Origin: an uncultured Eubacteriales bacterium
GTDB lineage: Bacteria > Bacillota > Clostridia > Oscillospirales > CAG-272
Assembly: GCA_949299535.1 (NCBI GenBank)
Contig: CASGAQ010000001.1
Span: 133,471-197,470 of the forward strand
DNA: 64,000 bases
Direction of reading: 5' to 3'
Below the pieces are notes generated by a model. The model ran no database searches. It saw only the letters and a list, made by a program, of their open reading frames with translations, and was not told where the DNA came from. The position numbers and the translations under genes were made by a program. This document shows, piece after piece, positions 57,682 through 64,000 of the stretch; position 1 is the first letter of the stretch; every line of letters begins with the position of its first letter.

Positions 57682-59043
57682 TTGAAAACCGAACTTTTGA
57701 ATTATGATATATATCCAAAGGTCTTTTTGGCAGGCAGACCAGCAGGCGTAACGATAAGACCTTTGGGCGCCCACGCGGCTTTTGTTGCCGGTACGGAGTA
57801 CCACGTGCGCGTAATGCCGATGAGCCGAGGCGCGTTTTATGTTTATAATGAAAGAAACAATGTTTTCAATTTTCACACCGTTCCGGATAAAAACGGCGCG
57901 CTGTACATAGAACCGGAATTTCCGGAGGAGGGCGAATATTCCGTGCGTATCTTAGGCACGGACAAAAAGCTCATTGCAAAACTGGCTGTGTACGCCGTTG
58001 ACGCAGACCTGTACGGCAGATATGCGTATTTCGGAGATATGCATATGCACACCTGTTTTTCCGACGGCAAAGAGGCTCCGGAGATAGTGGCTTCCAACTA
58101 TCGCGGATATGGATATGATTTTATGGCGATAACGGACCATAAAAGATATTATCCTTCTCTCGGACTTATAGAGAAGTTCAAAAACGTGCCGCTTGATATG
58201 AAGCTCTATCCCGGTGAGGAAGTTCATCTTCCCGATACGGACGTTCATATTGTAAATTTTGCGGGTGATTTCAGCATTAATGCGCTCTATGAAAAATCCG
58301 TGCAAAATGCCGACGGAACGGAACTTTCCCGCCGCGCGATGCCCGGGGTTTCGGACGTGCCTGATATTTTGACGGAAGAAGAATATCATTCCGCCTGTCT
58401 TAAAGCGGCGGAAAAATATGATATTCCGCCGGATGTCGAAAAGCGTGATTTCGGCGCGTGCGTTTGGACTTTCGAGCAGATACGCAAAGCCGGAGGCTTG
58501 GGTATATTCTGCCACCCGTATTGGATATCTGACGTTTATCATGTTCCGGAAAACCTCACGGAATATATGCTTGCCGTTCACCCGTTCGACGCATTTGAGG
58601 TTTTGGGCGGCGAGAGCTACTATCGCCAGAACGGATTCCAAACGGCGCTGTATTATGAGATGCGTTCTCGCGGAATAGATTTCCCGGTGGTAGGCACAAC
58701 GGATACGCACGGCTCCACTGAGGCAAATCCCAACAGACTTGTCGCAAATACGATGGTTTTTGCAAGAGAAAACACTCGTGATTCTATCGTGGGCGCTGTC
58801 AAGGCCGGATATTCCGTCGCCGTAGACGGCACTTGCGAGGAAAAAAGATATGTAGGTCATTTTCGTCTTATCAAGTATGCGTGCTTCCTCATGGAAAATT
58901 ATTTTCCGCTGCATAACAGGGCTTGTGTTTATGAGGGCGAGCTTATGCGCGCGTATGCTCTGGGAGATGAGTCCGCGGCGGAGGAGCTGGCGCGCGTCAA
59001 AGACAATGTACCGAAGCTCAGAAAGAAATATTTCGGCTTCTGA
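57682..59043 (+). CDS. PHP (polymerase/histidinol-phosphatase-like) domain metallohydrolase, unknown role
   Basis: FGDMHMHTCFSDG ... MAITDH motifs. TTG start 8 nt after AGGAGG. Confidence 0.65.
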   Translation: MKTELLNYDIYPKVFLAGRPAGVTIRPLGAHAAFVAGTEYHVRVMPMSRGAFYVYNERNNVFNFHTVPDKNGALYIEPEFPEEGEYSVRILGTDKKLIAKLAVYAVDADLYGRYAYFGDMHMHTCFSDGKEAPEIVASNYRGYGYDFMAITDHKRYYPSLGLIEKFKNVPLDMKLYPGEEVHLPDTDVHIVNFAGDFSINALYEKSVQNADGTELSRRAMPGVSDVPDILTEEEYHSACLKAAEKYDIPPDVEKRDFGACVWTFEQIRKAGGLGIFCHPYWISDVYHVPENLTEYMLAVHPFDAFEVLGGESYYRQNGFQTALYYEMRSRGIDFPVVGTTDTHGSTEANPNRLVANTMVFARENTRDSIVGAVKAGYSVAVDGTCEEKRYVGHFRLIKYACFLMENYFPLHNRACVYEGELMRAYALGDESAAEELARVKDNVPKLRKKYFGF

Positions 59044-59059
59044 TAAAACAAAAAAAGAC

Positions 59060-59096
59060 AAAACAAAAAGCAGACCGTATGGTCTGCTTTTGTCTT
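59060..59096. terminator. Bidirectional terminator (PHP gene / rplS)
   Basis: aagcagacc (59068-59076) / ggtctgctt (59081-59089), with flanking A-run and T-run. Confidence 0.75.
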
Positions 59097-59109
59097 GTCT
59101 TGATAAATG

Positions 59110-59451
59110 TCAGATAAGTTCTTTAACCGTTGCGTCTTTACCGATTTTGTCGCGAACATAGTAGAGTTTCGCGCGGCGAACTTTACCGCGGCGAGTAACC
59201 TTAACAGATACAACGTTGGGAGAATGGATCGGGAAAGTTTTTTCAACGCCTACGCCGTAGGAGATCTTTCTTACGGTGAATGTCTCGGAGATACCGCCGT
59301 TTTTCTTAGCGATTACAAGACCGCTGAAAAGCTGAATACGTTCTCTGGAACCTTCTTTGATCTTATTCTGAACTTCAACTGTGTCGCCGATATTGAACTG
59401 CGGCACTTCTGTTTTTAATTGCTCGTTTACAAAAGCCTGAATTTTATCCAT
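59110..59451 (-). CDS. rplS: 50S ribosomal protein L19
   Basis: 113 aa: [29 protein letters not shown]...ETFTVRK...GVEKTFP.HSP. Confidence 0.97.
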   Translation of the reverse strand: MDKIQAFVNEQLKTEVPQFNIGDTVEVQNKIKEGSRERIQLFSGLVIAKKNGGISETFTVRKISYGVGVEKTFPIHSPNVVSVKVTRRGKVRRAKLYYVRDKIGKDATVKELI

Positions 59452-59651
59452 GATGGCTTCCTCCCTGAAAATATAATAACGAAACGTTCATGCGAGCATG
59501 CAGCGGACCGTGTCGCGCCATGCCATAGCACAGCAGAAAAATTATATCATCATTATACTCAAAAATCAATAGTTTTTCAGAAAAAATCGGAAAGTATAAA
59601 AATTTTTTCGCGGATAATACTAAAAAAGAAATTTATTTTTCGGAAAAGACG

Positions 59652-61109
59652 GTGGTCATTTTGGAAGAAAACGCTTTTAACTCTCTGAAAAAGGAGCTGG
59701 AATCGAATTTTTCGGGCATGGCGGATTTTTCGGTGCGCGAACTTGATTTCGGAGGGACGAAGTTTTTTATATATTATATAAACAATCACAGTTCAAAGGA
59801 CATGATAAACAGATTTGTCATATCCCCGATATCTCAGGCGTATCTGCGGGGCGGTTCAGCTTCGCCGATAGAGGGTATAGTGACGAATATAGGCTTTATT
59901 GCCGCCAAAGACAAAAGAGAGGCGATAGATTCCGTGATGGCGGGAAATTCGCTGTTGCTTTTTTCCGACATGGCGGACGGGATATTCGGATATATATGCG
60001 CCACACGCAACGAGAGCGGAAGGAGCAATGAAGAGCCTGAAACAGAGACAGTCATACGCGGACCGCACAACGGATTTAATGAGAGCGCGGAGCAGAGCGC
60101 AATGCTTCTGCGTCGACTCATAAAAAGCACACGCCTTAAAAGCGAGAAGATGACGCTTGGAACGCTTACGAAAACAAATGTGATAATCATGTATGTAGAG
60201 GGGATAGTGAATGAGAAAGCGCTCGGCATATTAAAGAGCCGCCTTTCCTCGATACGAGCCGACGCGCTTATAGATTCCGGAAGCGTGGAGATGTATATTC
60301 AGGACGGCTCCTGCGCTCTTTATCCGACGGTGGGTAACTCCGAAAGACCGGATAAAGTGGCAGGCAAGATATTGGAAGGGCGTATAGCCGTAATAGTAGA
60401 CGGTTCTCCCGTAGTGCTGACAGTTCCTTATCTTTTCTGCGAAGGCTTGCAGGTTTCAGAGGATTACGCCAAGAGTACGTTTTTTGCGACGTTTGTGCGC
60501 GGATTGCGCTTTGCCACACTGCTTTTTGCGCTTTATCTGCCGGCGCTTTTTGTGGCACTCGTATCTCACCATGCGGATTTTTTACCGCGCGTCGTGACGG
60601 ATTATATGGAACGCACGCGCGAGGGTATAACCGTTTCGCTAATGTGGGAGTTGCTGACGACGTTTATCATTTTTGAGATATTGCGCGAGGTGGGACTTCG
60701 TATGCCCAAAGCTGTGGGAAGCGCCGTCGGTATCGTCGGCTCGCTGATACTCGGCGAGAGCGCTGTCAGCGCGGGTATAATTTCACCTTTTGTTCTTATA
60801 ATCGTAGCGTTTTCGGCGGTGTGCAATTTTATTTCCGCGCCTTATATGAACCCGAACGGAGTGTACCGCTTCGCGCTCATCTTCGCGGGAGGTGTAACCG
60901 GGCTTTTCGGACTTTTTGCTCTTATCGCCGTAAGCATTTGGATTGGATGTCGGAAAACTTCTTTCGGAGTGCCGTATTTTTCGCCGTTTGCGCCTGTTTC
61001 GGCAGAGGGACTTGCGGATTTTATCTATATGGCGCCTGTCTGGAAGATGAAAAAAGTTCCGCCGTCAGTCTCAGGAAGGGATTCCGTGCGGACAGAGGGG
61101 AAGCGTTGA
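59652..61109 (+). CDS. Spore germination protein, GerA family A subunit
   Basis: 485 aa with a GerAA/GerKA-like profile (soluble N-terminal half, ...VIRGP..GF.E, and a C-terminal TM bundle). GTG start is tentative. Confidence 0.8.
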   Translation: MVILEENAFNSLKKELESNFSGMADFSVRELDFGGTKFFIYYINNHSSKDMINRFVISPISQAYLRGGSASPIEGIVTNIGFIAAKDKREAIDSVMAGNSLLLFSDMADGIFGYICATRNESGRSNEEPETETVIRGPHNGFNESAEQSAMLLRRLIKSTRLKSEKMTLGTLTKTNVIIMYVEGIVNEKALGILKSRLSSIRADALIDSGSVEMYIQDGSCALYPTVGNSERPDKVAGKILEGRIAVIVDGSPVVLTVPYLFCEGLQVSEDYAKSTFFATFVRGLRFATLLFALYLPALFVALVSHHADFLPRVVTDYMERTREGITVSLMWELLTTFIIFEILREVGLRMPKAVGSAVGIVGSLILGESAVSAGIISPFVLIIVAFSAVCNFISAPYMNPNGVYRFALIFAGGVTGLFGLFALIAVSIWIGCRKTSFGVPYFSPFAPVSAEGLADFIYMAPVWKMKKVPPSVSGRDSVRTEGKR

Positions 61110-61110
61110 C

Positions 61111-62082
61111 ATGAAAAAAAGAGAATATTTGATTTCCTCAGTCCAGCTTTTCTGGATTATTTTCGCTTTTGTCTTTTCCGGATTTTTTCTCGGTGAGCCG
61201 CACTCTTTTATAAGTGTTGTCGTTTCCTGCATATTTGCTTCTGTTATGAGTATTGCGGCAGGGGAGATATGTCGCGGCTTTGCTTCTTCATACGAGCTTT
61301 ATTTTTCGGCTTTCGGAGGGGCGGGAGTTTTTTTTCGGTATATATCACTTGCGTTTATCTCCTTTTTTTCCGCGGGAAGCTTGCTTGATTTTTCCTCCGG
61401 CGTTTCAGCGTACTACAAAGGGGAGGTCTCCGCGGTGATCTTTGCCGTCTGCCTTATTCTTTGCGTTTTTGCCGTATCGAAGGATTTTACGGGTGCTGCG
61501 CGGTTTGCGGAGCTTTGCGCTTTTGCCGTTTTGGTAATTCTTTTGCTTTTGTTTGGCGGAAAGGGCGGTTCGGGATTTGAGTTTGTTCTTTTCACGCAGG
61601 ATATGCCCGTCTTGTTTGACTCTGTCGGTTGCTCGGCGGCGATATTCTCGCTTTATCTGCGCGCGGTAGAGCGAGGCGACGCGGCTATGAGCAGTTTTGC
61701 CGAAAACTCGTCTTTTCATCCATCGCTTACTCTAAGCGGAGCAACAGCGCCCGTATGCGCCGGAGCTTTATATGTTTTGGTGCGGGTTTTTGGTGCAGAG
61801 CAAAATATACTTGTCGTCTTTTTCGTTTGGTTCATTGTTTTGTCGCGGTTTTTTATGCTTGCAATATGCGTCAGCGACCTTTTGGGGTTGCCTGAATGTA
61901 TGGAAAACGTCAAGCGAAAGCGCGTGCTTATATTTGCCGCTTTTTTTGTCTCGACTTTGCTTTTGAAAGGCTCTGCGGCGGTAGGTGTCATCTCCGAGGC
62001 GGGAGTTTTATACGGCGCAGTCTTACCGTTTGCGGCTTTTGCTCTTGTCCGCGCAAAAAAAAGATGGAGAAGTGAGGTTTGA
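61111..62082 (+). CDS. Spore germination protein B-subunit-like permease (GerAB-like, short)
   Basis: 323 aa polytopic membrane protein. N-terminal ISSVQLFWIIFAFVFSG resembles the GerAB start. Adjacent to the A subunit gene. Confidence 0.6.
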   Translation: MKKREYLISSVQLFWIIFAFVFSGFFLGEPHSFISVVVSCIFASVMSIAAGEICRGFASSYELYFSAFGGAGVFFRYISLAFISFFSAGSLLDFSSGVSAYYKGEVSAVIFAVCLILCVFAVSKDFTGAARFAELCAFAVLVILLLLFGGKGGSGFEFVLFTQDMPVLFDSVGCSAAIFSLYLRAVERGDAAMSSFAENSSFHPSLTLSGATAPVCAGALYVLVRVFGAEQNILVVFFVWFIVLSRFFMLAICVSDLLGLPECMENVKRKRVLIFAAFFVSTLLLKGSAAVGVISEAGVLYGAVLPFAAFALVRAKKRWRSEV

Positions 62083-62085
62083 AAA

Positions 62086-63717
62086 ATGGATAAAAAGGTA
62101 TATTTCAACGGCGAGATAGTCACCGTGAATGAAAACGGAGATATTGCGGATGCAATTTTGATAGAAAACGGACTTATTTGCGCCGTCGGAAACAGAGAGG
62201 AGATATTTGCGCTTGGCGGAGAGGACAGCGGGAAGATAGATATGATGGGAAAGACTATGCTTCCGGGATTTATCGATTCTCACGGTCACATTGTTTCTTT
62301 CGCTCAGACGTTGACTCTTCTTGATATGAGCGCCTGCCGCTCCGTAAAAGATATGACGGAACTTGCGGCACAAAGGCTCAAGAGCCAACCGCTCTCTCAG
62401 GGAGAGTGGCTATTGGGATTCGGTTATGACGATACAAGCTTCAGCGACAAGTCCTCTCCGACAAAATTTGAGCTTGACGGTGTTTCCTCAACAACGCCTA
62501 TATTTATATCTCACGTTTCGGGACATGTTGCTGTTGCAAACAGCGCGGCGCTTGAAAAGCTGGAATATACGGGAGATGATTATATAGTTCCGAACGGAGG
62601 CCGCGTGCAAACGGTGTCGCACGATTCCAAAGAGCCGAACGGAATATTGGAGGAAAACGCTTTTCTCGCTCCTGAAAAGAAAAAACTTATTCCTTTGCCG
62701 TCATCAGACACAATGGCGAAGGCGCTTATCAAAGCGCAGAATATATATGCCGGTTACGGTATCACGACGGCGCAGGAGGCAGGCGCGGACAAGAGCATAA
62801 ACGAAATTCTTTTAAAAGCGGCAAAGGACGGAGCGCTTTTTATCGATATAGTGGCTCATGCGGTGCAAAGCGAAACTTTTGACCTGCTGAAAAACGAAGG
62901 CACGCCGAAAAGGGATTATCTTTGCCGATATAAACTGATGGGCGGCAAGACATGGCTGGACGGCTCTTTGCAGGGAAAGACGGCTTGGCTTACAAGGCCT
63001 TATAAAGAAACTCCCAAAGGCGAGACGGACGATTATTGCGGATTCGGGACGCAGAGCGACGAACAGCTTACCGAATATTTAAAAGGCTGTATCGAAAGAC
63101 GGATACAGGTAAATGCTCACGCCAACGGAGACGCGGCGGCAGACCAGTTTTTGCGCTGTTATAAAAAAGCGCTCTCAAAGACAAGTGAAAAATGTGAACT
63201 GCGGCCCGTGATCGTCCATGCTCAGACGATAAGTGAAGACCAGCTTGATGAAATAAAGTCGCTGAATATGATACCTACGTTTTTTTCAGACCACGTTTGG
63301 TTTTGGGGCGACTATCACTATGAAACCTCGCTCGGTCCGGAAAGGGCGGAAAGGATATCTCCTCTGGGTTCGGCGCTTCGAAAAGGCATAAGGTTTACAA
63401 TGCATCAGGACGCTCCCGTGAAGATGCCCGATGAAATTCTCACTATCCATAACGCAGTCAACAGAAGGACTCAGAAAGGGCGCGTTCTCGGAGAGGAACA
63501 AAGGCTCTCCGTAATTGACGCTATTCGTGCCGTTACCATAAACGGCGCGTACCAGTACTTTGAAGAAGATATAAAAGGCACTTTGGAAGCGGGAAAATAT
63601 GCAGATCTTGTCATACTCGACAAAAATCCTCTGAAAGTCCGTAAAGAACTGATAAAAGATATCCGCATACTTGAAACCGTAAAGCAGGGAAGGACTATAT
63701 TCAAAAAGCAGGGATAA
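62086..63717 (+). CDS. Amidohydrolase family (Amidohydro_3-like) metal-dependent hydrolase
   Basis: 543 aa with PGFIDSHGH, VNAHANGD and FTMHQDAPV. Confidence 0.8.
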   Translation: MDKKVYFNGEIVTVNENGDIADAILIENGLICAVGNREEIFALGGEDSGKIDMMGKTMLPGFIDSHGHIVSFAQTLTLLDMSACRSVKDMTELAAQRLKSQPLSQGEWLLGFGYDDTSFSDKSSPTKFELDGVSSTTPIFISHVSGHVAVANSAALEKLEYTGDDYIVPNGGRVQTVSHDSKEPNGILEENAFLAPEKKKLIPLPSSDTMAKALIKAQNIYAGYGITTAQEAGADKSINEILLKAAKDGALFIDIVAHAVQSETFDLLKNEGTPKRDYLCRYKLMGGKTWLDGSLQGKTAWLTRPYKETPKGETDDYCGFGTQSDEQLTEYLKGCIERRIQVNAHANGDAAADQFLRCYKKALSKTSEKCELRPVIVHAQTISEDQLDEIKSLNMIPTFFSDHVWFWGDYHYETSLGPERAERISPLGSALRKGIRFTMHQDAPVKMPDEILTIHNAVNRRTQKGRVLGEEQRLSVIDAIRAVTINGAYQYFEEDIKGTLEAGKYADLVILDKNPLKVRKELIKDIRILETVKQGRTIFKKQG

Positions 63718-63870
63718 TAAAAGCGCGGCCTTTAAGCGCGGTGAGATAAGAAAACAAGCAAAAAGCCTTAAATCATCGTGTTTTAAGGACAGCGGGCAAA
63801 CAGGTTACAACTAAATAACCGAGCAAAAGGGGCGTTATCGCAAGATAGCGTCCCTTTCTGCATATTGCCA

Positions 63871-63902
63871 CGCCACAGATCAAAAGTCTGTGGCGTTTTT
63901 TT
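63871..63902 (+). terminator. Intrinsic terminator
   Basis: cgccacaga (63871-63879) / tctgtggcg (63887-63895) followed by 7 T. Confidence 0.75.
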
Positions 63903-63931
63903 ATGCCCGCAGGAAAGGAGGCGCAGCCGGA

Positions 63932-64000
63932 ATGTATTTCACAAACGGCAAAAGGCGGGCGTTTGAACTGCTCATGCAGCAGAAGCCGGGATTTGACCGC
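63932..64000 (+). CDS. Start of an unidentified ORF running off the right edge
   Basis: ATG lies 10 nt after AAAGGAGG. Only 23 codons are visible (MYFTNGKRRAFELLMQQKPGFDR). Confidence 0.4.
   Translation, partial: MYFTNGKRRAFELLMQQKPGFDR

Noticed and set aside
57952-59061. Long antisense ORFs opposite real genes (for example 57952..59061 - 369 aa, 24104..25054 - 316 aa, 33066..33977 - 303 aa, 25628..26476 - 282 aa, 28565..29407 - 280 aa, 30018..30824 - 268 aa, 50942..51718 - 258 aa, 34718..35473 - 251 aa, 8497..9261 + 254 aa, 3431..4174 + 247 aa)
   Set aside because: Each lies entirely opposite a gene with unmistakable conserved motifs. The translations are low-complexity, Arg/Cys/Phe-rich and show no recognisable domains. 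They are shadow ORFs typical of moderately GC-rich coding DNA.

Overview
This looks like a chromosomal, housekeeping-type segment of a spore-forming Firmicute (class Clostridia), judged from the GerA-family, SpoVG and SpoIID-like genes and a GC content of roughly 50% estimated by eye. Nearly all of it is tightly packed core genes. Left to right: a pair of fused ABC exporter genes; a complete 9-gene branched-chain amino acid operon on the minus strand (ilvB-ilvN-ilvC-ilvD-leuA-leuC-leuD-leuB-ilvE); pyruvate kinase; ilvA-ridA; a COG2984-type ABC importer; a 9-gene aromatic amino acid cluster (aminotransferase, pheA, aroB, aroC, aroE-aroK fusion, aroQ, aroA, tyrA, DAHP synthase); nadE; dCMP deaminase; spoVG; murC; a polar amino acid ABC importer; parE-parC plus an orphan response regulator; queG-like; addB; a radical SAM/DUF2344 pair; yerC; a peptidoglycan-binding trio; rplS; gerA-type germinant receptor genes; and an amidohydrolase. 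I saw no rRNA, tRNA, CRISPR array, transposase, integrase, phage gene or recognisable defence gene, and no convincing novel multi-gene system. The signals most worth a second look are regulatory or structural. Four amino acid-sensing leaders sit within about 12 kb: two T-boxes (Ile-like for ilvA, Trp-like for the ABC importer) and two candidate leader-peptide attenuators (a Tyr/Phe-rich 18-codon ORF before the aro cluster and an Ile/Val/Leu-containing 35-codon ORF before ilvB). There is also a ~100-nt interspersed repeat present twice, an apparently circularly permuted amino acid-binding lipoprotein, an ABC ATPase with a ~66-aa insertion, and a few unassigned structured intergenic regions. All RNA pairings were done by hand. 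No database search or folding program was run.
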